This document shows, in pieces, positions 1-12,162 of a stretch of 64,000 nucleotides of DNA. The DNA is from Paragordius varius (taxonomy: Eukaryota; Animalia; Nematomorpha). The translations under genes and the position numbers were made by a program. Where the stretch lies: positions 4,278,001 to 4,342,000 of the forward strand of contig OZ176054.1 of NCBI GenBank assembly GCA_964247055.1, in the 5' to 3' direction. The notes beneath the pieces are model-generated. The model ran no database searches. It was not told the DNA's origin and was given only the letters and a program-made list of their open reading frames with translations. Positions within the stretch are counted from its first letter, which is position 1, and each line of letters begins with the position of its first letter.

Positions 1-306
1 AATAGTACAAATACGTCTAATGGTATTTTTGGATAAAATTAGCCGTCTTATAGAAGTAAAATAATAAACTGACACAAATTTGGACTAAGACAATGTTTTT
101 GCAGAAGCGAGATTATAGGGTAGTTTTTATTTTAGATTGCACTTTAAAAGCTAGTTAAATTAGCACATCTAAATGGATTGTAAAATGATGAAAAAATTAA
201 TACACCAAGACTTAAAAATTATAACCAATTTTATTATTTACAATAAATCACTTATAAACACATACATACCATATGAATATAATAAATATAATTATCTACA
301 TAAATA

Positions 307-2688
307 TCACAATACATTATCTATCCCATTGAAAAACTTTGGCGGCTCTTCCCAGGAATTTAATAAATGTTTAATATCTAAATATAAATTTGCAATTAAC
401 TTTGAATTTCTTCGGTGCTTTTAAATGCCTTGTTTGGGAATTTTATATGCAATGTAATATATAAATTTCCAAATTGATTGTTGTCTTCATAGTTTGGCAT
501 ACCTTGACCCTTTACTAATATTATTTTTCCTGGGTATGAAATCTCTTCGTGATTAATATTTACCTGAAATCATAAAATTATAAAGTTTAGCGTAATTCAA
601 TGCGTACATGATATATTTAAGAGTCTGCATAATAGGGTAAAATTAATGGTGTAGATAAATGAATCTACCCTATTTATAAGGAATATATATTAATTCACGG
701 TTAATTTATGTAAAATCATATTCTTTTATTAAAAAAGTCCTTAAAATTAAGTTAACATTGTATTGAATTACAATTTCTCTATCTGTTTTCCTGTGTGTCC
801 AATAAACAAAAAAATTAAACCAAGGAGTGTTGGGAGCGCGCTCCATTGAAATTTAAAACCTATTTTTTTGAACATTTGTTATATATAAATAATTATGTTG
901 CTTTTACGAATTATTAATATATATATATACTTACTCACATTGTTTTATCAATTTAATACAGTAATTTAAATTTGTTAGAGCAAATATTTATATTAAGTAC
1001 ATTTATGCTGGCTTAATTCACATTCTAGTTGGTCGATCGGTAACAAAGTAATGTCTAGATAAAAATAACATGTTAAAATTAGAAAAATTTTTTATTTTAC
1101 ATTACTTTGTTTATTTAATTATGGACAAAATTTGTTTTAACGCATACGCTACTCTATTACAAATTGAAATAATGTGAATGAGCCAGCATAAATTTGCATA
1201 ATTTATATTTAATTTTGTTGATGGAATTTATAAAAAAAACGCTGTGATTATATTGCCTAAAATTTTTTGTCTGATAAATTTTATTATCATCGAATTATTT
1301 AAATCTCCTATACTATAAAGAATTAATTAAAACATAAACAGACAAAGTGATTGACAAATATAAAATTTTTACGACACTTATTGATTGGTTGAGAAATATA
1401 AATTAATATGTTTTCTCTATGTTGACAATAATTTGGAAAAAATTATTCATATAAAGAGATATTATTTTTGATAGCACCTTTTCGGAATTAAATTTTAATA
1501 TAAAAAACCAAAGCATAATAATTAACGCCAAAAAATCAAAAATTACGCCGATACATTTTATGCATTAATATAGATTTTAAATAGAAACAAAAACTATCTT
1601 GCTAAGTGAATATACTATAACAAACTTTCATAATTTAATATAGTAATTTCCAGTCACAACTAAAAATATGGTACCATAAAATTTTAGCCATTTTTATAAT
1701 AAATAATTATTAAATTAACCTTGTGGCCGTCTAAATGTGTTAAAATGGTTGAAAATCCTATTAGGGCTTGTTGCAAACTTATAGTAAGATTGCAAAAGAG
1801 ATCGTCTTTGCGCCTTGTAAAAATAGGGTGAGTGGTTTCAATAACCTTAAATATAACATCACCGGGTTCTCCTTCAATATGTGGTTCCCCTAAATTTATG
1901 AAATGTTTGCAAAAAATATACCTTCACTGTAAAATATGTATTCATAAAAATTGTCAACTCCTCTTTCAATTTCAACTTCCAACATTTTTTCTTCAGTTAC
2001 AAGCCTATATAATATTATGCTGGCAACAAACTTTTGATTAGGACATTCATCGCATTTTTCAGCCTGATACATTTGAAATCTTCCAGGTCCAAGTTGTTTA
2101 GTTACCATTTCCACACGACAATTACATTTTCTTGTACCGCTAGTCAGTTTGTAAATAGGTTTATTACGGACAATCTATTATGTATGAAAACATACCTCTA
2201 TGAAAGTGCCCTTATATATTTCTTGCAATAATACATATAAATCCATGGTCACACTCGCACCTTTGTGTTCAGCTGGTTCGTGATTTTCTGGCTGAAACAT
2301 TCCAAAAACACTGATATTTAAAACAAATCTTACGAAAATATATCACTAGCCCTAAAAAGATCGGGTTTTTCATCTTGTAACTCACCTCGGTCATATCGCT
2401 TACGCTTTTCTGGATTCGACAAAATCTAAAATGACCAAAATGTTAAACTTGATAAGCCTCGGTTAATTTTTCAAAATCCTTATGTGCATCAGGATCTTTG
2501 TTTTTATCAGGATGCACCAATTTCGCTTTTTCACGGTAACTTTTTTTAATTTGATTGATAGTTGCTTTTTTGGATAATCCAAGAATTTTATAATAATCTT
2601 CTTTGTCTCTAAATTTATATATAATTGTAAACTTAGCCTCGCACAATAAGACCAGGCAAAGTATAGGGTAAAAAACGTGTAAATTCAT
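307..2688 (-). CDS. DNAJB11: DnaJ homolog subfamily B member 11 (ERdj3), 9 exons, 350 aa
   Basis: Exons 2688-2633, 2608-2449, 2425-2334, 2310-2196, 2174-2032, 2004-1922, 1889-1720, 563-401, 377-307 total 1053 nt with no internal stop. Signal peptide, J domain (DYYKILG...HPDKN), [41 protein letters not shown]-terminal FNGI. GT-AG introns of 24, 23, 23, 21, 27, 32, 1156 and 23 nt. Confidence 0.95.
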
Positions 2689-3373
2689 AATTAGACGAGG
2701 ATTAACTTACAATAGTAAGGGCAATGAAAAACATAAGGTCTAAAAATAAAAAAAATGCAAGTTTTATTGACAAAATATATTATGGCTTCTTAAAATAGGT
2801 TTTCAAAATATAATTTTTAAAATATATTTTTTATCAGAGTGCCGACAAAAAAATGTATCAATATACTTTTGGTTGGGTATTTAAGAAAGATATTTATGTA
2901 ATTTTGTATTATTACATATTTAAAAGTCGCATAATTAGCGAATATTATATAAAATATTTTTTGGCAAAATCCTTCCATTCAAAAAATATCATTAATTATA
3001 ATTAAAACAGACGTAGATTCCGAAAGTCGCAAATTTTTGGACACCTATAGACAAAAGTGCCGGATTGTGCGATATGAAAATATAATTTAGACATTTAAAA
3101 AATGCATACTTTGGGTGGGGTGGAAATTTTTTTTTGACTCTTGCTAGTTTTGTAAGTCTGGTTTGCTTTAATATGATAAAAATAATTTGACATTAGGCGG
3201 CTTAAGTCAAGCAAGAAAACTTGTATCGGAGGTGATAAAAAATTTGATCAGGTAAAACTTGAAGATTCTGCAAGTGTGGTGTAGGGGACACTTACCAGAT
3301 AAAAATAGGGTTATAAATATTTTAAAAACCATTTATGTATAATTTAGGTTTCATAAATAATTAACATTTTTGT

Positions 3374-5167
3374 TAATATACCATTTTTCATGCAAAAACA
3401 TCATTTTTTCAACCAAACGCAACATTTTTTAAGTAAACACAACATTTTCAACCAAAGACAACATTGTTCATCCAAACGCAACATTTTTTCAACCAAAGAC
3501 AACCTTTTTTAAAGCGAAAGCAACATTTTTTCTAAATTTAAAACCATTTTTTATGACATATTAAATTTAAAGGTAATGTAATTTGTAGAATTAAGGTTTT
3601 TATTGATTTATCATCAATATGTGATGGGATGATTGATTTTCAAACATTTTAATTTTGCCCATAAATTATATTATTTTATATTATTTTTTTAACAACATTC
3701 TTAATCAATAAACACAGTTTGTCCTTCAAGAGTGTCTTAAGAAAGTTATCCTTTACATAAAGTTCCGTACATTTTTTGCATTTCGATACAATCGTTTTTG
3801 TACGTAATTTTCCCTTTTAAAATTTAAACTAATATCTTTATTTATTAGTATCTTTTAAATCAAAATTAATATTTCATAGTAAAGGCATCTTTATTTGTTA
3901 CGAACTAATTTTCTTTAAATCAATATTATAAACTTATTAATGTTTTGAACTAAATATTACGATCAATAACCCAAAACTAGATATTTTTTAATACAGTTAA
4001 ATTTTTTATAGAACATACGGTTCTTATGAAAGAAATGGTATTCACTTAAATGTTTAGGATAAATAAATAAAATAGGTTTAAAATGATAGTAGATGAATAT
4101 TATATTGCTTCATTAACAAAGTTAGAATCAAAATTAAAATATTGAAGGACCAATTTGAAGTGTTCTAGGACCAACTTTAAATTTCCAAGAACAATTTTGA
4201 AGCGCAAAATGTATTTATTGATTAACTTCGATTTAAATTGGGGTATCTAAATACCCCAGACTATATCTAAATTTATATTTTTAATAAATTACATGGTCTC
4301 AATTTGAATTAATGCTTCTATCCTAATCAAAATTATATAAATAAGCCGAAAGACCTAAATAAAATTTGGTTTTGAAACAAAAGTTCCATATCAAACCACT
4401 TCGACGCCATTTTTATTTTACAGTTTTTTTGCAAAATATCGTGTTTATTTGATTTTGAAGCTGCAAAGAAAGCTAATTTTTTATTTAAATCACATCTAAC
4501 ATTGATAGAAATAGAAAAAATGGTTTATTTTGTATTATTTTTTAATTTTACTATTTCACACATGTCACGTTGACGAAATTTTTATCTTTCGGTTTTAGCT
4601 TAAAATAAATAATAACAAGTATGTTTGAATAAACTTTCTTATATATTTAGGCTTATTAATGTTATAAATGTACACAGTTTTGCCAAGGTGTCGATTCCTT
4701 CCATATTTTTTAAATTATTTAATTTTAAATAGGCCTGGGGTATCCAACTACCCCAATTTGAATCGAAGGACTAAAAGGAATGTGTTGTATCCAAGTGTTA
4801 AATGAAACTGTTGTAAAAAAAAATTATATAAAATAATGCAATTTATGGGCAAAATTAAAATGTTTGAAATTCAATCATACCATCAAATATTGATGATAAA
4901 ACAATAAAATCATAATTCTAGGCAAAAATTAAATTACATTAACTTTAAAATATGATAAAAAAATGGTTTTTATTTTTTAAACAAATAGTTGTTGCGTTTG
5001 GATGAAAAAATGTTGCCTTCGCTTGAAAAAATGTTGTCTTTGGTTGAAAAATGTTGCGTTTGCTTAAAAAAAATGTTTTCTATGCTTGAAAAAATGTTGT
5101 GCGTATGCTTGAAAAATGTTGCGTTTGGTTAAAAAAATGATGTTTTTGCATGAAAAATGGTATATTA
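3374..5167. mobile_element. Foldback/MULE-like non-autonomous element with ~310-340 bp inverted arms containing ~21-bp tandem subrepeats
   Basis: 3374-~3690 is the reverse complement of ~4825-5167 (TAATATACCATTTTTCATGCAAAAAC / GTTTTTGCATGAAAAATGGTATATTA). The arms contain repeated CAACATTTTTTCAACCAAA(C/G)(G/A) units. Flanks TAACATTTTTGT / TAACTTTTTGT resemble an imperfect TSD. Confidence 0.7.
4222..4801. mobile_element. piggyBac-like TTAA MITE (family copy 1), nested in the foldback element
   Basis: TTAA at both ends; termini (CA)CTTCGATT..TTGGGGTATCT and GTATCCAAGTG; internal inverted subterminal repeat CCCCAATTTGAATCGAAG. Confidence 0.75.
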
Positions 5168-5420
5168 TAAACTTTTTGTTTGATAATTTTTGGCTAATTA
5201 ACTATTCAAATTGGATGGACACAGCAGAGGATAAATTTTTTGGAAAAACTCTGCTAAATGTATATTAAATGATTCTGAAAGTATGCGTTCATCAAATCCG
5301 TGAACTCTCAAAATAACATTCGCAAAAATCACAAATATAATTTGATGGATTTTAAATAATTCCACAAAAAATTAATAACTTTTTTTGGTAATAGTTGTGT
5401 ATTTACTTTTTTTTTATTAT

Positions 5421-6763
5421 TATATTACATGTTTTCACTCGTGAGAGCGGTCATGTTATACAACCTGTCTCGCCATAAAACTCTATCTATGGCGTCCTCT
5501 GCATTAAGCTCGTATTCTGCTAGCTCTCTTTTTACTGTATCTATCCATTTTGTTTTAGGTCGCCCACGTCCTCGTTTTCCCTCAACTATATAACCATCTA
5601 TTATTTTTGCAATATAATTAGAATCTCTCCTTTCAATGTGCCCGAACCAACGTAGCCTATTTTTTGACATTCTTTCCACTATTGGTTTAATATCTGTGCT
5701 CCCACGAATAAATCTATTCTCGATTCTGTCTTTTCTAGTTGCCCCACACATCAATCTGAGCATTTTCATTTCAGTCACGTTAAATTGTCTTTCTTCGGAT
5801 TTTTTGACACCCCATGTCTGTGAATTATACATCATTGAGGGCTGGACAACTGAACTGTAAATCTCACCTTTCACTCTAACATCAATATTTCGATCGCATA
5901 ATACGCTCGAAATTTTCTTACAATTTACCCAGCTGCTCTTTATTCTTAAATTAATATCGTCAGTTAACGAACCATCTGCACTTAACATAGCTCCCAGATA
6001 TTTGCAACTTTCTTTACCCTTCAGAACCCAACTATCATCAACTACCATTTCATGTTGTGGACCCCCAAAAGTAATAAGTTCGGTTTTTGCTTTGTTTACT
6101 TTCAGACCATATTGATCCAGCATAACAACCCATCTGTTTACCGTTCGCTTTAACTTAATTAATGAATCAGACAAGATGATTATGTCATCTGCATACATTA
6201 AGTACCATCCTTAACTCACATTAACAACCTTGGCTACCTCGTCCATACAAATTATAAACAATAAGGGGCTGAGTGATGAGCCTTGGTAGACTCCATGCTT
6301 TATTGAAAAGGGCTCTGATAAACCTTGTGGAGTTTTAATCCTGGAGGTGTGTGATTCGTATATTATTTGTAACAACTTAATATAACTTTCTGGCACCTTT
6401 TTACGACGGAGACTCCACCAAATAGTTTCTCTATGAATCATGTCAAACGCCTTCTCTATATCAATCAAAACCCCGTGTAATTCTTTCTTTTTTTCAATGT
6501 GTTTTTCAATCAACCTCCTAACCGCATGTATAATATCTACTGTTGACTTTCCTGGCATGAAACCAAATTGATTTCCTTCTATAGATATCATTTTCCTGAT
6601 TCGCTTTTCAATTATTTTTTCAAACAATTTCATAGTGTGCGACATAAGTTTTATCCCTCTATAGTTACTACATTCATTTATATCACCTTTTCCTTTAAAT
6701 AAAGGCACAGTTAAACTTTCCTTCCATTCAACCGGGATTTCATACATTGAAACAACTTTATTA
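5421..6763 (-). mobile_element. 5'-truncated RTE-clade LINE (RT domain, one in-frame nonsense codon before YADD)
   Basis: ORFs 6211-6747 and 5425-6198 are in the same frame (VNVS*GWYLMYADD). RT motifs QFGF, DIEKAFD, QGSSLSPLLF, YLG, WFGHIER, GRPKTKW. Flanked by an imperfect TSD ATAAT(A)nGTAAAT. Confidence 0.92.
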
Positions 6764-7378
6764 ATTTACTTTTATTATATCAAAAGAAATTCTAACATTT
6801 GTAACACATCACGTACAAATTGGAAACTTTATGCGCTAGCTCGCATAAAAACAAATAATTTATAAAATGTCACTTTAATAGCAAATTTTATTTTGGAGGC
6901 TTTCCAAAAAATATATTTTGTTTTATATAAACCTCTATCTTTGATGAATCAATTAATTGATCAAAATAGTTGGATAAAAAGAGTATATCTTAAATTTATT
7001 ATAATTTTTTTCTAACTTGATGAACAATTGATTATGGGTTTAAAATTAATTTACAAAAATACCTTGGAGTTTTTGAAGATATACTTCTATAATTAAATAA
7101 TAATCTTGTTTAAAATTGTTCAGTTTTTTTTTACATAACATCAACGCTAAAGTTTCATATTTAAAACATATGAAAAGTTTTTTCATCATAATTTATTTCA
7201 AATGTAATATTAATAATTAGAAATATATTATATTTTTTAAACATCCCATTATATTTGCAAAATGGCTCCTATCAAAATGAGTAACAAAACGAAAATTCGT
7301 AGGGGCAGAGAATTTCTCGATCGAAAAAAAAGCCCAAAATATAAAAACAACTATTTCATATAATTCTGGTGTATAGAG

Positions 7379-8583
7379 CAGGGGTGGCCAACGAGGTAAC
7401 CGCGGTCACTTTCGTGACCGCGACAACTCAAAAAGTGACCTGAAAATATTTTTTTTTAAAAAATTTTATTGATTTTTTTCGGATAGTTGGCTACTTCTGA
7501 GCGAATTTAAATTTAAAATACAAAAAAATACGGTTTAAATTAAAAAAAAACGTCTAAGAAAAGGGTGTAAAAAAATTATTTTATTAATTATAATTCATAT
7601 GTTTTGGAGCATTTGCATTAAAACTTAAAATCAGTCATTTCCCTTGATATATCAAAACTTTGAGCAAAGCTTATTCATAAATCAGAAGCATAATCGTGAA
7701 GTTAGATTTGATTTGATACACCAAAAGTAGGTTTTTAAAACTTATATTTTAGAATGAGCCAAAAAAAGTTGTACAGATACAAGAAAGATTGGGAGCATGA
7801 ATACTTTTTTATTATGATAAATGAAACATGCACCTGTCTAATATGCAATAGTACTGTTGCTTTGCCCAAAAAGTCAAATATTGAAAGACATTATAGATCT
7901 CTGCATCCACATTACTCCAAAAACTACCCCTTACAAACTCAAGAACGCAACATTAAAGTAAAGGAATTAAAAGAACAATTATCCGTCTCACAAAATAGCA
8001 TACTTAAATACAACAAAGACTATAAAAATGCTACGATTGCTTCATTCAAGGTAGCGGAAATACTCATTCGGAACAATAAGCCATTCCAAGATGGTGAAAT
8101 ATTTAAAGAAGCCTTTATTAGCGCTTGTGATATTTTATTTGAAAATTTTGATAACAAAAATAATATTATGACAGCTATTAAAAGCATAAGCTTATCGAGA
8201 AATACCGTTATGCGAGGGCTGAAGATATTAGTAATAATCTTGATGAAATTTTACATGAAAATATTAATAACTGTATTTTTTTTCCTTGCAACTCGATGAG
8301 CACCGATTATGTTGGAATCGCCCAATTATGCATTTTTATTCATATGATATTTAGTGATTTATCTGCAAAGGAGGGATTATTAACTATAATACCTCTCCAC
8401 GAACGAACCAGAGGGCAGGATATTTTTGATTCTTTTTATAAATTTATCACAGATACGAAACTTCCCATCGTAAAACTCGCATCTATAACTACTGATGGAG
8501 CTCCAGCTATGATTGGCGTTAACAACGGCTTTATCGCTTTATGTAAAAATCACAGTGCATTTTCATCAATGCACCGATTATGA
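7379..8583 (+). mobile_element. hAT (Buster/SPIN, GTF2IRD2-like) left end plus frameshifted, 3'-truncated transposase
   Basis: Terminus CAGGGGTGGCCAAC preceded by GTATAGAG (nnnTAnnn). ORFs 7754-8299 and 8296-8583 contain CLIC..KKSNIERHY..H zinc finger, SLSRNTV and SITTDGAPAMIG. No matching right end found. Confidence 0.85.
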
Positions 8584-9045
8584 CTAATATTTAATAGGCC
8601 TTTTTAAGCAATATATGTTTATTTATTTTGCCAATTTACGTAACTGAGGAGCATGTATGAGCAAAATATTTATTTGGCAGAAAATTTGGTATTTATAATA
8701 TGTTTGGACTATTAACCTTTAAATTGCCTTTTATTTTCAGTTTAAGAAACTAATATCAACCCGATGCCAAAATCATCCATTTGGCAAAGTCATAATGAAG
8801 CGTGACAATGGAAATAATATTTTATGATGATTCGATACTATCCCTGTATTTAGGCAACTATTGTTAATAAGGGAACTATTCACACTTGTTTAGTGATTGT
8901 TGCTTGTTATATATTGCAACTAATTAATTGATATTTATGTAAACATTAAATATATAAAAAGTATCATTTTTAATACTTTAATAAAATCAACAATCATATA
9001 TATTTAATGGGACTTTTATTATTACATAAAAAGATAAAAGGGGAC

Positions 9046-9246
9046 ATGGTTATTAAAGTCCCAGCCCTGGTTATATATGCTTTTGCCATCTTCGGTGTCC
9101 TTGTTATAATCATATTTGTCCTTTTTATTATGTATTATTTGACGAAAAAATTATCGCAAAAATCAGTCCGAAATGAAGACACAACAGGATCGTTAATCAT
9201 CAAAACCTATTCCAAAGAATCTTTAAAAAAGGGAAAACCAAAATGA
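9046..9246 (+). CDS. Candidate small single-pass membrane protein (~66 aa)
   Basis: MVIKVPALVIYAFAIFGVLVIIIFVLFIMYYLTKK: a hydrophobic stretch of over 20 residues, then a basic polar tail; AATAAA ~30 nt after the stop. No recognisable homology. Confidence 0.35.
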   Translation: MVIKVPALVIYAFAIFGVLVIIIFVLFIMYYLTKKLSQKSVRNEDTTGSLIIKTYSKESLKKGKPK

Positions 9247-9803
9247 AAAAGCGATTTTCATTATATGTAAAAATAAAAAAGTTACTTTACTTATTGATCA
9301 ATCGATTGCACAATGCATAGATGTAATTTTTTAACAAGCGTATGGAATCCATATTTTATTTATTAATTTTAGTTTAGTTTTAAGCTTAAGTTACCCTGAC
9401 CAGATAAATAAATCTGTCTAATTACAATTTCAAGTGCGCATTTAATAATTTATTACCAAACGCTCAGAAAAAATCCAAGTGAAACAGCCTTGCGTTAGTC
9501 ATTTTGGGTGAATGAGCCGGTTTAAACAAGTAAATGTTAAAATTATTGAGATTTAATTTTAAATGGTTTTGTGAATATTTTGAACCGGCTTATTCACATG
9601 TCTTATATACATAGACAGTTTTGAGTATGCTCAAGGGCTCATTTATATGACCCACATATTCTGTGGAAATGTATCAGAATTAATATGTTGTTTTGCGACT
9701 TAAAATTTGGTTAACATATAAACTCTATTATTATTTATAATGGTTAAATCGTAAATTTAGCGCAAAGTAAAATATTTTCTAATTAATATTTTGTCAATAT
9801 ATA

Positions 9804-10176
9804 TTAATACTTCGATTCAAATTGGGTATCTAGATACCCCAGACTAAATTTAAATTAACATTTTTAAAAAACTACTGAAGGAAACGGTCCCAATTTAAAT
9901 TTATGCTTCTTTCCTAATAAAAATTATATAAAAAAGCCAAAATATCTAAATAAAATTTTGTTTTGGAAAGAGTTCCATGTCAAACTATTTCGACGCCATT
10001 TTTATTTTACAAAACTTTTGCAAAATATCGTGATTATTTGATTCTAACGTTATACCAAGTTAATTTTTTATTTAAATTATATTTAACATTGATAGAAATA
10101 GAAAAAGTGGTGAATTATTTTCCAATTTAGCCAATTCACATATGTTTCGTTAAATTTTTACCTTTGGGTTTTATTT
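9804..10176. mobile_element. piggyBac-like TTAA MITE (copy 2, truncated)
   Basis: Starts TTAATACTTCGATTCAAATTGGGTATCTAGATACCCC and is colinear with the other copies up to ~10176. Confidence 0.75.
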
Positions 10177-10919
10177 CACAGTGTGGAAAATCGGGGGTAA
10201 TTTTTTCCTCGGGATATTACATCTAGCTTAATATGACCGTTGACATATACATTCAAAAATATAAGGATAAAAAAAATTGTCAATGTAGAAAAATTTTTTT
10301 TCCACTTTTTCCCGCGGTAAATTCCATATTTTCTCCATGAATCATTTTAAGTGTTTTATTTTAATCTTGTTTATATACTATTAATTTTACTTCAAAAGCA
10401 AATATTTGATTAGCAAATTGGGTAATTATTTTTCTCCCTTGAAGACATGTTTTAAAAATTCTAATGTCGCAAATGTAGGCTAAGGAAACCCATATTTGTC
10501 ACTATTAATTTCCTTGTCAAACTTTCTGTTTTCTTTTATAAATAATAGAATTTTATGTCTTAAAACAAAAAATTTATTTAATACTTTGCTAAGGCTTACC
10601 CATCTCACAGCGGTGTACAAAAGAATATCATCAAACTCACTGTGGATATTCAGAATGTTTTTAAATTTTCAGCGGTTAATTCTCTGCCACGGATTGTTAA
10701 AAATATATTTAGACATTTCTTCAATGCGTCGAGCACATGTTGAATCAAAAAGTTGAAGTTTTTTAATTTGCCTCATGATTTGATCTTTATCATGGCATTA
10801 TAAAATAAAAAAGTGCAACCATTTATTCATTTATTAATTGGGCATCAGTAAAGGTTTTTTTTCCAAAAATATAGCAAATTTCATATGATGCTGGTACAGA
10901 CCTAGTTGCAGCGAATTGA

Positions 10920-11160
10920 TCATTCGATTGTTGTTTAGCTGTGGTTTGATTGATTCTATTGAAAAGCTGGGGGTAGTAGCCATTTTGTTGGGAGGATTGT
11001 CTAAGGTGGTTGATTTAGAGTCGCAGTGAGCTGGAGTCGCATATTTCTTGAGCTCGGTGGATTGGAGTTTTGATAATTAAACTTTTTGGCTAGGGTGATG
11101 ATGGGAGTAAGCATTGAGGTAAAAGTTGGTTTGTGTTGGTTTTCTATATAGTGTATGCAC
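10920..11160 (-). mobile_element. Penelope-like element relic (RT C-terminal region)
   Basis: Minus strand translates, with frameshifts and stops, to VHTLYRKPTQTNFYLNAYSHHHPSQK..IHRAQEICD..INHLRQ..QNGYYP. This matches the PLE pattern YRKPT..YL...SHHP...K...LIHRA..IC...EL.HL....NGYP. Confidence 0.8.
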
Positions 11161-12162
11161 GAGTTTTTTATTTTTTGTTTTCATAACAAGGGTGTCGATC
11201 GTGTTTTGGGTCCCAGTTTTAGACTCTAGAAGTCACTAAACTGTAAAAAAATATGAGCATTTTTAGCTAATATATGAGAACGAAGTTTGATAATTAAATT
11301 TTTAAAAAAACTTTCAAAACTATAGTTTATCACAAAATTGAGCTTTGGGATATCTATAACTACCTCAATATGCCGATTAGGACAAAAAAGTGAAAAGGTC
11401 ATGAAGTGTTAAGTGTTTATGTTGCATAGATTTAATATAAGAATGAAAAAAATATCTATTTTAAATGCACTAAAATGGAAAATGTATATTTTAGAGACAT
11501 CTTTTACATTCGGCATTTTATTAATCGTTTTTTCGAACTATAATGAATTTCTTATAAACTTTTCAACAATATTTCATTATTGTTCTAAAATTGAAATTCT
11601 AGTAATCATTTTTCACCTGAAAAAAAATGGTTTTTTGAATTGTCAGAAGAAAAACTGCAATTACACATTTTCTTAAAAGTAATGTATATACAATTATTTT
11701 TAAATTTAATTTGATTTACATCAAAAATACTCATAAAATCAGATATTTTGATACTATTTTTCAAAGAAACAAGCCACATCAAAGCTATTTACATAGATTT
11801 ATATATAAGTATTTAATTGTATGTATTAATTTATTAAAACCATATCAAAAAAGCCTTTAATTCAGTTTATGACCTTAATTTTTCGACATGAAACCTATCG
11901 ATTTTTGAATCCTGAAAGCTCGAGAAATCGCTATTCCAAAATTTAAAACAATTTTTTGTGTGTGTAACGACGAAGGTATTAAATAAGATCCGTATAAACT
12001 TGTAAATAAGAGGTAAAAAAAAGAAAATTTATTAAAAACTCATTTTCGCACAAAGGTATCATCAGGAGTTGTTTGAAAAATAATCCTAAATAATGTAAAA
12101 CAAAAATAAATTAAATTGAAATTAAATGTGTGACCAATCAATAATTTTTAAATTGGTATAAT

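Noticed and set aside
173-424. Numerous 60-110-aa AT-rich ORFs from the track (e.g. 173, 10496, 11413, 15215, 37285, 45277, 57309)
   Set aside because: Composition is dominated by I/F/K/N/L/Y, several begin at non-ATG codons, and they overlap known genes or repeats; expected by chance.
10177-10645. Transib/RAG-like element (CACAGTG ... CACTGTG)
   Set aside because: No extended TIR match, no 5-bp TSD and no transposase remnant.
12036-12070. Second hammerhead (minus strand AACTC-CTGATGA-...-GAAA-AT-GAGTT)
   Set aside because: Helix I pairs, but helix II lacks the closing pair and there is no helix III or NUH triplet.
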